A stretch of DNA of 64,000 nt from NCBI GenBank assembly GCA_951406725.2, contig OX597817.1, forward strand, positions 30,442,001 to 30,506,000. Direction: 5' to 3'. The notes beneath the pieces are model-generated. The model was not told the DNA's origin and searched no databases. It worked only from the letters and a program-made list of their open reading frames with translations. Both the position numbers and the translations under genes were made by a program. Positions within the stretch are counted from its first letter, which is position 1. The number at the start of each line of letters is the position of its first letter. This document shows positions 51,152 to 64,000 of this stretch, piece after piece. This DNA is from Octopus vulgaris (Eukaryota).

Positions 51152-53693
51152 ATATGCTTCCACATACGAACTCACATAAAGAATCTTGCAAACCAAATCC
51201 AAAAACGAAATAAGTTTTAGATACATTATTCCGAAATCAGAATAATATATGAGATGTAAAATCCAATGTAACAAAATTTTAAATGCTATTAAGCATTTTT
51301 CCCGGCATACTAACCTTATGCCTATAATAGAAAAGATTTTTATGAACTCGTATAGGATGGCGAGCAAGCAGGATTTTTAATGTAGTGGAAAAATACGTAG
51401 CAGCATTTGTTTTGATTCTTTGCGTTCCAAGTTCAAATCCCGTCGAGGTCGGCTTAGACCTTTATCCTTTCGGGATCGATAAACTGATGTACCAGTTAAG
51501 AACTGGGGTTGATGGTATCGACTAACCGACTCCAGTCAATATTATTAAAATTGCGTCAAAAGTAGAAAGCAGTTTTATGAAATTGTATTTTAGTCAGTAT
51601 TTTCATTTCTACGACATCTTAGAATAAGTCAAGCACAAGAATAGCTATTTTTGAAATTGGCAAGACAGGTCTATTAAAGAGTTATTTCATTCGAACCTGC
51701 TAACTTGTCTGGTATTTTCTTGATTCTGAAAAATAAATGGAGAAGTTTTCAATTCAACAATTTATTATTGAATAAATAATTTTTTTTTTTCAAACAAAAC
51801 GAAAATTTCAATAGAAATTTCTTTTAAATAATGTTTAATTTTTCTTCTTGGATGTGTTTTTATTCGTGGTTTTTCTTTTATTAAGAATGTTTGATATTTT
51901 TAGTTGTATTTTTTTTGTTAAATAGAATTAAATCTCAATGTAACTTTTTCATACAGTTGATAAATTAATTGATACTTAAAATGCGCCACCCCTCCCAAAA
52001 AAATAAAATAAAATAAAACAAAACATAATTAAATGTATCGCCATCATTACGGTTACTGCTACAACTAATACTACAACTGTACTAACATAGCCAATTACAC
52101 AACTATAACCAACTTCATCGCTTTATTATCATCACCGTTTTTATTTAAAATTATGGTCATAGTACCAATGGTAATATTAATAAGAATAAGATGGAGAAGA
52201 TGAACAACAACAACAAGAATAGCTTAAAAACAAATAAAAAATGCAAAATAAATTTGAATAAGAAAATCTTTGTCAGTATAGAAATTAAGAATAACAACGC
52301 TAAAACAATAAAAAAAAACATCGTGGAAAAGAATTTTTATGTAAAATTATTTCACTCTGTTTTATTTTACGTTTTCTTATTTATATATTTTTTTCGTTTC
52401 AATAGAATAATTTGTTAGTGTAAAGAAAACATTTGTTGAGGTTAATATTTATTATATCACTCTTACAATTAATAAATACTTGCAATTACTCGATGCATTA
52501 AAGATGTTTTTCACCTAACCGATTCCTAATATTATACGTTATTTATATTTGTAGAACGAAAGTAAACAATAAAAGAGATGCCATTCAAATGAAGCTCACT
52601 TTGGTTTGGTAATTAATTGTTTTCTTCCTTCCGGGATCTCGTGGAATGGGTCGCCCATTACGCATGCACTCGTCTTACACACTCGTACATTATGATTTTA
52701 TGACTGCTTTCAAAACAAAATACCAAAACTTTACTCAAAAACAGCAGTTTTGTTAAAGCACTGTATCTGTCCTCTATTTCTTTTCTACAACACAACCGAC
52801 TGTGCTTGTCTCTTGGGTTTTTTTTCAGTACCTCTTAAATTCATTCGATGGCCTCCTACCAAAGGCGAACCCATATTTCCTTCTCTTTGTCTGTACTTAG
52901 TCCGTTTGTTATTTTTTCTTTTAACACCTACAATATTTTCAAATAACCACTACTACGTTTTCCTTCAATCCATTTCAATGGAGCATTTTTTTAAGCAAAC
53001 GAATAACGCTTGTAACCGGAAAGAGACTGGCGAAAAGCACGCTGCTTATTCTTATTTGTATAAACCGCTCTATATTCTATACATCATACAATTTGAAATA
53101 CCTGCTATCAGTTTATTAATTGGTTGACATCGTAATGGCAACGCTCTCTGCATATTTAGGCAGTCATTTTAAGAGTTGCTATTCAAACGAATGATTCCCT
53201 GGATACTCAGAGCCCATCGTAAATGCTCGGATAAATGGGCAACGCATATAGAAGCGTTAAATAATTGCAAGACTAGTGGATCGGCAATGCCTTGTAGAAC
53301 GGATTAAAAAGTAACAACTGTTACTGCTGCTACTACTACAACTACTACTACTGCTACTATAACAACAACTACTACTACTACTGGTTCTTTTTCGCGTGCC
53401 ATGTTCATAAGCATCAGCTCTTATGGTTCTCCACCTTCTGTCCCACACAACTGAAAGCATTATTCGGTTAGTCATTCTATAGCCAGATGTTAAAAGCATC
53501 GAGTATCTTCTCTATCTCTCTCTGTTTTCTCCGGATTCTCCTTCCTTTCAATTTTCCGAATGTCCAGTGAACTTAATCTGTTTCTTTATGTTGTAAAGAT
53601 ACTAAATAGAACTGATATCCACATATCTGTAGTCACACTGTTGCAATGTTTTCCAACGCCTATTGTAAATTACTGGGAGGTTTTGCTACTTAC

Positions 53694-53736
<43 letters not shown>

Positions 53737-55041
53737 TTCTCCCACCTTCTCTCGTCGTCTAGTTTCTGTATACGTCTTCGTTTCAAGACAAGGTATGAGT
53801 TATCTTGAAACTTAGTTCCTGTCTAAATATGTTAAATGAAAATGAATTTGTAATCTAAACAGGTAGCAATGCAAACCTGTGGACATTTAATGAATCTCAT
53901 TTCTGTTACCTTAATTAATACACCATATATATGATCTACACACATTGCTAACGTTTTCTCGTGATCACACCAGCGTATTCGTCTCGTTTACCTGGTATCT
54001 ATTAAGGATATTTAGCTTTCTGGACAGGTTTCTTAATCATTTACATCCTCTTTAATCAGCATCTCTTCACAATACACGCACGCTTCCAGGAGAATATTAT
54101 CAATTCCTCGTTATCTCTAAAGACCTAGAACCTAATGTAACCTGCATGGATTGGTTTCTAGGGAGGTAAAGGAGAAATGGGACTTATTAGTATTTATCTA
54201 AATGTGTTAAAGTGTGGTCAGATATAAAACACGATAGGTTACAGAGGTCAATCTATGTCTCTACGACGTGAATCAATTTATTCTTTCTAGCTTTACAAAA
54301 ATTTCTTACACGTATTATGCACAAGTACAGAACGAAGCTGGTTTGAAAAATTTGATTCCAAATCTGGTACAACTTCTTATTTTGGGGCACAACCAATTAA
54401 ACTGATTCCAATACTCGATGAGTGCGTATGTTTTGTCGATTTCGAAACAGTAGAAAGCAAAACGGAATAAAATGTAAGGAAAACGTATATGAAGTAAAGC
54501 TTTTAAATGACAGCAGTTCTCTGGATGAATGCGTGTAGAACGGTTTTGTAGTTCTGCGTGCAATTCGGACAGGCCCGACTGACGGCACCTTCGGGCGTCA
54601 AGAGTTTCTCTCAAACTGACAATGCCCCACAGTACAACTTCCAGGTAAGAGATTTCAGGAAATTGTCATCTGGCCCAGGCTCAAATATCTTTTAAAACAG
54701 ATCAGCCCGTTGATTTTTATTGACTCCGGTGTTTTCCAGAGAATGACGTTGCTTTGCCCTCCACTGATCCTCATTATAGAACGCCAACGTGATATTACTG
54801 CCTACCACATTGCCAAACTGCTAGAGGACTTCATAATACGTCAGATGTCAAGTGCCCTGACTCGGTTTTTGCATAACTCAAGACTGGAGATCTGTAAAAG
54901 AGATGAGTTGTGGGAAAGCGAATCTGACAAACAGACTACTTCTGTTCTGATTTCTGATGTAGGCACAAGACCATCAATTTTGAAAAGAGATTTGTTGAGA
55001 CCATTGATATCAGTACTTAACGGTATCTTATCGATGTCAAA

Positions 55042-55456
55042 GGCGGCGAGCCGGCAGAAACGTTAGCACGCCGGGCGAAATGCTTAGCGGTATTTCGTCT
55101 GCCGTTACGTTCTGAGTTCAAATTCCGCCGAGGTCGACTTTGCCTTACATCCTTTCAGGGTCGATTAAATAAGTACCAGCTACGCACTGGGGTCGATGTA
55201 ATCGACTTAATCCGTTTATCTGTCCTTGTTTGTCCCCTCTGTGTTTAGCCCCTTGTGGATAGTAAATAAATAGGTATTTCGTCTGCCGCTACGTTCTGAG
55301 TTCAAGTTCCACCGAGATCGACTTTGCCTTTCATCCTTCCAGGGTCGATAAATTAAGTACCAGTTGTGTACTGGGGTCGATGTAATCGGCTTAATCCGTT
55401 TGTCTGTCCTTGTTTGTCCTCTCTGTGTTTAGCCCCTTGTGGGTAGTAAAGAAATA
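55042..55456 (+). mobile_element. Family N SINE dimer inserted into an older antisense family N copy
   Basis: TSD ggtatcttatcgat(g/t)tcaaa at 55022-55041 and 55457-55476. Confidence 0.88.
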
Positions 55457-56939
55457 GGTATCTTATCGATTTCAAAAGGATGAAAGACATAGTTGAACTC
55501 GGTGAGATTTTAACTCAGAAAGAGCCAACAACCAAAACGAGTCTTAACTTAGTAAAGCGTCGAGGTTATATAAATATTTTGGGGTTTTGTATTATATTGT
55601 AATTCGTCTACAACAGCGTCTTAAACTATAAGTTTCCACTGAGCTACTCACTAGCTCCAGACATTTCTAACGGCACGAGTGACAAGAGATCGTCTAAACT
55701 AGTGCGAAAACAAACTTCATCCACAGAGCACCGTCGTTTTTTTTTTATTCTGCGGTGCTTATATCTTAACCGCACTAACATAAATCTTCCAAAGATATTA
55801 ATTCACACACGTACACACGTCCGGTCAACATTCGCATTCTGTCAAATTCCACTCATAAGGTACTCGTCAAAACAGCGTTATGAAAGAATACACTTTCAAA
55901 AATACTACGCACTTGGATCAGACCCTGGACTACTTGGTTACAAAGTGAAATTCTTAACTACATAGACGTATTATCTTAATTTTCTCTTTCCGGTTTTTTA
56001 TATTTTGATGATATCTAAGTGCTTTTCAGCCATACAGATATCACAGATTTATTTGGATAAAGAATATTTGCTTGAGAGAAAAAATATTTTACCAACTGAA
56101 TAATTAAGATTTCCTCTAAAATAGGCACTGCCACTTCGTGACCTTCTTATCAAATGGATAATCTACTTAGAGATATTCATTGTAAAGCTGAATATCCCTT
56201 TACTTCAATATTTTGACTCTTTGTTTTCTGTGTGAAAGTTATACAGTTTTTTAATTGTTATTGTTGTTGTTTAGTATCGTTGTTCAGGTCTATTTGAGTA
56301 GACTCGTTGCTCGGAAGCAACCAAGTGAATGTCCTGGAATAACAATACTATAGTTTCAGACTGAGGATCCTAAAATTACTAGACAGAGGCACTCCTCTGA
56401 CTACCGTGAGTGCAGCACTCTAGATATATATATATATATTTTCTGAAATGTCTGTCAGGCTTAACTGTTTAATCACATGCATCGAAACAACGAACTATTG
56501 TAGATTGTACATGTTGTTTTCGTTTCGTCTTGAAAATGATAGAAAGTTTATCGAGGCATATTCCACTGCTAGATTGAACAGTGTGAGCGTTCACATAGAA
56601 TCCTTTTTATTGCCTACAACTGTAATTTATCATATATGATACTTATGACACATTAATCATTCTCAGAAACATTTCTACTCATTATTCTATTCTATCTGGT
56701 CGATAGTAAAAGAAATATAGACGGTAAAATGAGAAAGGGGTAACAAAGATGAAAGCAATATTATAGCCTTATCACATTAGAATTGAAAGTAAAAGAATAA
56801 AAGTGAAATAATATTATATCACATTACAATATAGATCTTATTCTTTCACTTTTGACACGTAATACCGAACCAGTGCCAATGTTATATTGTTTTAATCGAA
56901 ATGAAAAAAATTACATGTTGACACTCACAGGGTCTGATA

Positions 56940-57039
56940 CTGTTACCTTGTAAAATTTGCTTTGATTATGTCGAGCCGTTTGAGAATGCATAGGGAACAG
57001 ACATACAGACAGAGAGACAAAGAATTTTATATATGTAGA
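56940..57039 (-). mobile_element. Helitron-like 5' end
   Basis: A|TCTACATATATAAAA followed by tctg repeats, similar to the ends at 27817 and 60392. Confidence 0.5.
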
Positions 57040-57136
57040 TTGTACATGGAAACATTATGCCAAATTGAAACAAAACAATAGACATTTTCAAAGATATGAA
57101 CGAAATATTAATTTTAAAATGATACAAAAATATGTA

Positions 57137-58534
57137 CACCCTAAAGGATTATTTGCTATATTCCATATTTGGTGTAACCACCCTTGCTTTCAATGACTGT
57201 ATTAAGTTAAGTCTTTTGGGTGTATAGTCGACTAAATTACCACATATAACCGATGAAATCGACCTCCATTTTTCCTGAATGTCTTTCAACTGTGTTACTT
57301 TGCCGGGTTTTTCTCCTCAACCTTCCTTTTCAAAACACCCCACAGATGTTCTATTGGGTTTAAACCAGGTGATATGGTCGGCCATAACACTTACGCCGCC
57401 GTGTTTCACTGTAGGCACGGTACATTTGTAGCTATTATCTTCACTTGGTCGTCGCCATTCTCGTTTAATACAATCTGACCCAAACAATTTTATTTTAGTT
57501 TCGTCAGAAAAAAGAATTTCATTCCAAAACTCCTTCCCCTTTCTCACATAGGTTCCGGCTAAAGAAAGACAACTTGGTTTAGGCCTGGTAGTGAGAACAG
57601 GCTTCCTACGAGGAAGGCGTCCATAAAGACCACACTGGTTCAAACTTCGGCGAATTGTTTGGATGGATACACTCTTTCCTCTAACAGAAGATACTTCTTG
57701 GGCCAAAGATGAAGCGGTACGACGCCTGTCATCCATCATGCAATATTAGATGGGGCGAATATCACGCGGAGTTAAACTAGAAGGATGACCTGGGCGATGT
57801 TTATTGTTTAACCGTCCATTAGCTTTGTACTTCTGAATTGGAGGCGCAATGGCCCAGTGGTTAGGGCAGCGGACTCGCGGTCGTAGGATCGCGGTTTCGA
57901 TTCCCAGACCGGGCGTTGTGAGTGTTTATTGAGCGAAAACACCTAAAAGCTCCACGAGGCTCCGGCAGGGGATGGTGGTGATCCCTGCTTTACTCTTTCA
58001 CCACAACTTTCTCTCACTCTTACTTCCTGTTTCTGTTGTACCTGTATTTCAAAGGGCCGGCCTTGTCACTCTCTGTGTCACGCTGAATATCCCCGAGAAT
58101 ACGTTAAGGGTACACGAGTCTGTGGAATGCTCAGCCACTTACACGTTAATTTCACGAGCAGGCTGTTCCGTTGATCGGATCAACCGGAACCCTCGTCGTC
58201 GTAACCGACGGAGTGCTTCCATCACTTCTGAATTACTTTGGCAACTGTGTTTACGCTAATATGTATTCGTTTGCTAATTAACTTGCATCCTAAGCCACTC
58301 TTATGCAAATTAAAAATAATTTTCTTCAACTCTCCAGACATGCTTTTCCTTTTGGTGCTATTTTACTCGCAATGGAGAAGATTTTCTCTACGGTACACAA
58401 AACAGAATTCCTGCATATGCAATAACAATGACCGGTGCAAAAATGCCAGGAGAAATGATTTATGAGAATCGTATCTGAATTAGTAAAAAAACAAGTGGAT
58501 AAAATATTGAATACAGCAAATTTCCTTCAGGATG
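57137..58534 (-). mobile_element. Tc1 transposon, internally deleted and SINE-interrupted
   Basis: N-terminal HTH region, GHP (GRP-like), RRKP, ILFSDETK, TVKHGG joined almost directly to WPTISPGLNPIEHLW, and GGYTKY. Inverted ends with TA on each side. Confidence 0.9.
57840..58223 (+). mobile_element. SINE head B + tail 2 inside the Tc1 ORF
   Basis: 11-bp TSD acttctgaatt at 57829-57839 and 58224-58234. Confidence 0.92.
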
Positions 58535-58774
58535 TACATATTTTTGTAGCGTTTGAAAATTAATATTTCGTTCATATCTTTGAAAATGTTTATCGTTTTG
58601 TGTTCTAAATTTGTATAATGTTTGCATGTATAATATATATTATTCAGTATAAATTTCGTTTGATTTCTATCGATACTATCAGAGTAATGACAATTTTACT
58701 GAAATTTTTATGGGTATACATACTTCTATGAGACACTGTATTCATATGTACACACACGCATACCCAGATGTACA

Positions 58775-58808
<34 letters not shown>

Positions 58809-59391
58809 TACACAGATGCATACGTACACACACACACACGCACACATATATTTGGAAAATTGTGGAGTATCTATCACTATAGGATTAAAAACTATACCAT
58901 TCTCCGAACTGAACGCCACTGCATAGTATAAGGGTCCCACACGCTCCAATTAGATTAATTAAGGTCCAAATATTGGTATAGCTGAAGCTTCAAGGACACA
59001 CGTATCAACATCATCGTCACCATTTTTATCATCATCATCCTCTTCATCATCATCGCCGCAGTCGTCGTTTAACATCTACCGCACCATGCTTACTTATGAC
59101 AGACTGAAATTTGTTGAAGCAGGTTTTCTACGACAGGGTGCCTTTTCTATCACCAACTTTTACCTGTTTCCACGTAAAGTAATATCTTCCCATGGTCAGA
59201 CTTATTTTTCACGGAAGACAAGAAATGAACAACATTGTGTTCACATGACTGTGAGACACGTTTGCAACCATCATATAATGTTACGACAAGGGTGAACATA
59301 CAAATGCAAACACACGTATACGTTTGTGTGTATGTGTGTGTGTGTGTGTGCATGTGTGTGTGTGTGTGCGTGCGTGTGTGTGTATACACAA

Positions 59392-59545
59392 CAGGCTTCT
59401 TCCAGTTTTCGTCTGTCATATCTTTCCATAATGCTTTAGCCGGCTTGAGGCTATAGAAGAAGACACTTGCTCAAGATGCCACACTGTGAGACTGAACCCG
59501 AACTCAAATTGTTGAGATGCAACGCTCTTAAGCACACACCCCCAC
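59392..59545 (-). mobile_element. Decayed SINE family C head
   Basis: gaggctatagaagaagacacttgctcaag match. Confidence 0.65.
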
Positions 59546-60202
59546 ACGTAGACTTATATATATACATACATATTTAGGTACGTACATACACGTTTGTGCG
59601 TGTATGTGTGTGTGTGTGTGTATGTGTGTGTGTGTATGTATGTGTGTGACTTCAAAAAGTTTTTCTACAAAGCAATAAAAAGATGTTAATTCATATTTGT
59701 ATTTATATGTATGCCTGTGAATCCGTTTCGTGTTGATATGCGATTTTTTTTCTTCTGTTTGTTAAGTGTATTTACATTTTTTCAGTCGTTTCATCAAACT
59801 ATATATTTACATAAATTATTTTATTTTTAATTTTACCGCCTAGTTTGCATTTTCTTTCTGTAATCTAAAAAACATTTTTTTGTCCCTGTATATTGCATTT
59901 CTTTGTATACCTAATTGTCTTTTGATATTCTCAGGCTTTCTTTTTATAAAAATAAAACATAATTTGTAAGAAATACATTTTCTTTTGAATTTCTTTATAT
60001 TAATTGTAATGAATCTTGTTTCTAAATTGAATAGTTCCTCAAAAGCAAAAATCATTTTTCTGGCAAATAACTTTAGAAAATCTTCTTTCAAACTATTTTT
60101 CTTATAGCATTGGTCTTGACCTATTTATCACAGTAAATCGGAATTGAAATTTAAAATAGTTCTGTATTGATTTTGCGAAAAATGACCGACTTTCTTGTTT
60201 TG

Positions 60203-60246
<44 letters not shown>

Positions 60247-60391
60247 GTGTGTGTGTGTTACTGTTGTGCATGTGTGTGTGTCACAAACATATTTTAACAA
60301 ACCTAAATTTTGCCTATATAACAAACGATGGATAGGTGTCAATTCATTACAGCTGTTTCCAACGAATTTTTTTTAGTTAATGGATACATTA

Positions 60392-62691
60392 TCTTTATAT
60401 ATAAAACAGAAGATATCTGTGTGGCTGTATGTGTATGCACGTTAGGCATTTTCGCATTTTTCAACCGATTTCGCTCAAACTTGACACGCTGATAGCTTAT
60501 GCTCTATGCGTAGTCATGATCTACTTTATATTTTCCAGATCACCCACCCACCGCGAAGAATTGTCCAGAAAACCGGTTTTTGCATATAACTCCCTGGTGT
60601 TTCGAGTGATTTCCTCTAAATTTGACATGAACATTACTCATGACATAAGAATTGTTTTGCTTAGAATTTTTGTCAAGGTTCTCTGCGTTAATTGTGAAAA
60701 ATCCGCGAATAACTGCGTAAAAATCGTTTTTTTTTTTTGTCAATAACTTCTGTAGTTTTCAACCGATGGTTCCAAATTTGGCACAAACATTATTCATGCT
60801 TTAAGAATTGTTTTAAATTTGTTTTTCTCTAGTTAATCCGCGTTAAATGAGAAAAGTCTGCAAATAACTGCGTAAAATTCTGTTTTTTACCTATAACTTC
60901 CGCCGTTCCAAAACCGGTTCGCTCCAAATTTGGCAAGAATTGACTATTTTAAACTAATGTTTTGTCAAGATTATTCGCATTAAATTTGCAATTTACTGGA
61001 TTAAAATTAATTTTTTGCTTACAACTTCTGTCGTTTACTCACGCGCCAATGATTGTGGGGCAGCTTTACCTTGCTGATTTGATCTGTGTGCATTAGTGTT
61101 TACTTAACCCCGCCTCCTATTATCGCCTACGATCATGATGCCCTCCCCCCCACACACTTCAGCACAAATTTTCTTTAATTACCCTCCGCTCATGGTGTGA
61201 TAACACGGGGTGAACTGCGAACATGACCTTTGACATGTGGGCGTGAACACTATTAATGCGCACCCCTCGTTTTTGATCTTTGTACATTAGTGTTTACTTA
61301 AAACCACCTTATTATCGCCAACGGCCATGATGCCCCCTTCAGCCTCTTATTTGGTGTGTATGACTGCTTTTACCAGGTCCTCATTGTTTACTCCCTTCCA
61401 CCACCACCACTATTAGCAGATGAACTGGTAACATGACCTATGCGCGTTAACACTATTGGTTGTCCACTCTAATGAGTCCGTTCACTTCATTCTTTGACTG
61501 GATTTCATTGGTAGAACACTATCCACCTGATCAGGCCAGTGTCAAATCGTAATCATTGATGCGCTTTTGTGCATATCTGATACGTGCTTCAGCTTATAGG
61601 TTAAGCCTACCATTTGACGTACAACATTGCTTTAACTTCATATTTCCTGTTGAAATTTTTCGTTGTCCCCATACTCAATTAAGTTAACTCCTTCATACTG
61701 TTGCTGCCTACTAGTTTTTAGTTACGTGTCGTTTAAAAAATATTGTATTTATTGTCTTTGTGTCCACATAGCTAACTGTCTGTCCCTGCTTCCTCCCTTT
61801 TTGAATAATACGCTCAGTAGATTCACTTTTTATACAACGTACTAAATTTGTGTTCTTAGTGTCCCATTTTGCCCGCTTTTGAAAACTCGCAATTTAAATA
61901 TAGTCCGATACTACCGCCATGCCACCTAAGAAAAGAATGCGCTTCTGCTGCCAAGAGAATGAGGATGAGACATGTTTTTCTCATGGCCAGTTATATGTCG
62001 GATGCTCCACAGTTGGAAGCAAACAAAATATATTCGTACTTGCCTCTGATGGCAAAACGAAAAATGTGGCTACAGAGAGGTGTTGTAGACACTTCATGCG
62101 TCATCTGCTTTCAAATTCGTGAATCTCGGTGCCTCCACTACACCAGTGCAACCTTGCAGACCTGATATGTGGTAAGTGAGTGCTACCGCGGTCATATTTT
62201 CACAGTTACTAACTTTCCTCACCCATGTTTCTTTTCCTTTGTCCAACCTAGGTTTGTCATCTGCTTTCACAGAGTTTCACATTTCACAGCAACAATTCCG
62301 TTGCTTTCGGTGTAAAGGAAAAAAAGGGCCCTTTCCAGAGCCACTTTTCATACGATTGTTACACCACCTGAGAACGCATTACAACCCTTTTTAGAGCTTC
62401 TTATCAAATTGTTACCGCTGTGAGAACGACAAAAAATGCCCTTTTCAAGGCGACTTCACCTGTAATTGTTACACCATCTGAGAACGCATTAAAGCCCTTT
62501 TCAGAACATCGTATCTAACTGTTACCGCTTGGCTTCAGCGGTACTCGGTGACCAGTTTTGTTACAATTTGCAACAATCTTGTTCTAATTTTGTTACAATA
62601 AGCGACCAATTTTGTTACAATTTGGCGTTAACATTACTATCAAAAACAGTGTAGTATTTTAATCTCGAGCAACGCCTTGTACTTTTGCTAG
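60392..62691 (+). mobile_element. Non-autonomous Helitron, 2.3 kb
   Basis: A|TC start, gagcaacgcc hairpin remnant, CTAG|T end, internal ~120-bp subrepeats and a RepHel remnant. Confidence 0.85.
61919..62088 (+). pseudogene. Helitron RepHel mini-ORF (N-terminus fused to PIF1-like helicase C-terminus)
   Basis: MPPKKR...CFSHGQLYVGCSTVG...GKTKNV then frameshifted YREVL stop. Confidence 0.8.
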
Positions 62692-62780
62692 TATCATTAT
62701 AAAAAGCCGTTTTCTTTATATGAAAACATGAGCCACATTGTATTCGTCTATAGTTGTTGTGTATGCATTTTAGTTTTGAC

Positions 62781-62844
<64 letters not shown>

Positions 62845-62849
<5 letters not shown>

Positions 62850-63299
62850 ATGAATATGGTACTTAACTTAGATGCACCAGAATTTTTTATGGTATTACCC
62901 ATAAAATTATCTGGGGTGATTATAACCAAAATATAAGCAACAAGAATGGATCGGTAGTTTAGTACAATTGTTTCATACTATAACAATTTATTAAAGCTGC
63001 AAATATTACAGCAAATATAATGTTAAGTAATCTTCAGCTAATTTCATATAGGTTTTCCAAACATCTTAGAGAGTGTAAATATACTTATAAAGTTATAGAT
63101 GTGAGCTCCAGAAACTTGAAGCAAGAGCTCATATCTATAACTTTATAAGTATTTTTACACTCTCTAAGATGTTTGGAAAACCTATATGAAATTAGCTGAA
63201 GATTACTTAACATTATATTTGCTGTAATATTTGCAGCTTTAATAGATTGATATAGTATGAAACTAAACTACCGATCCATTCTTGTTGCTTATTTTTTGG

Positions 63300-63304
<5 letters not shown>
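62845..63304. repeat. ~380-bp palindrome plus a short extension, between two (TA)n tracts
   Basis: Arms 62921-63108 and 63125-63304 with a 16-nt loop. Confidence 0.9.
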
Positions 63305-63357
<53 letters not shown>

Positions 63358-63554
63358 ATTCAGGTGAATAAGGCATTTATATGGTTAGGCACCGGGTCGG
63401 GTGATTACCTGATTGTGCCAGTGTCAAATTGTAATCATTGATGCGCTTTCGTGCATATCTGATACATGCTTCGGCTTACAGGTTAAACCTACCATTTGAC
63501 GTACATAGAGACAATATAGATAGATAAATGTAAATATAGCTATAGATACACGCG

Positions 63555-63602
<48 letters not shown>

Positions 63603-63632
63603 AACGCTCAAACACAAACCCATGTATATATA

Positions 63633-63849
63633 CGAGGTGGTGCTGAAAAGTTCCTTGCTTTGGGTAAAAGAAAATACAGAAGGATCAGTTAATTATGATT
63701 TTATTCAACTTACACCTCTCTCAGATTCAAACACTTACTGTAGCGGTCCTTCAGTATTTCTGAGCCCTATAAAAGAACTCAGAGGTTTGAGCCTACAACC
63801 AGGCTTTTCACTATACCCTTAAAACCAAGAACTCTACAGCACCCCCTCG
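63633..63849. mobile_element. Mariner-like MITE
   Basis: TA|cgaggtggtgctgaaaagttc and gaactctacagcaccccctcg inverted ends. The right TA is mutated to TG. Confidence 0.7.
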
Positions 63850-64000
63850 TGTATGGTTCATGCAACCACATATCAGACAGTCGTAATATACATATATAAG
63901 CACACATACACACACACACACGCGCGCGAACGCACGCACACATACTCACACACACGCACACACATATATATAGTTAAAATTTACAGCAAACAAAAGTCAA

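Noticed and set aside
54315-54940. ORFs of 99-118 aa or a decayed Tc1/mariner
   Set aside because: No convincing motif series or termini.

Overview
AT-rich, repeat-saturated eukaryotic DNA, intergenic or inside a large intron. The SINE families, microsatellite load and transposon mix resemble an octopus or other coleoid cephalopod genome (inference from recalled repeat sequences, not checked by search). I can support no intact host gene, RNA gene or prokaryotic feature. Nearly all ORF-track entries are microsatellite or SINE translations. Recognisable content: decayed LINEs (RTE, R4/Dong in TAA repeats, CR1-like), Gypsy integrase remnants, a SINE-interrupted Tc1, hAT and Merlin-like remnants, Helitron and Helentron-like elements, and many tRNA-derived SINEs. 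The most notable structures are (1) a 7-copy tandem array whose unit is a whole SINE plus its target-site duplication, (2) SINE heads and tails present in swapped combinations, (3) several long palindromes in or next to microsatellites, some with hammerhead-ribozyme-like motifs, (4) a locally templated inverted insertion with a 20-bp direct repeat, (5) a GG-terminated MITE with a perfect 8-bp TSD, and (6) a 2.3-kb Helitron carrying a fused N/C-terminal RepHel mini-ORF. All alignments were done by eye, and boundaries of decayed elements are approximate.
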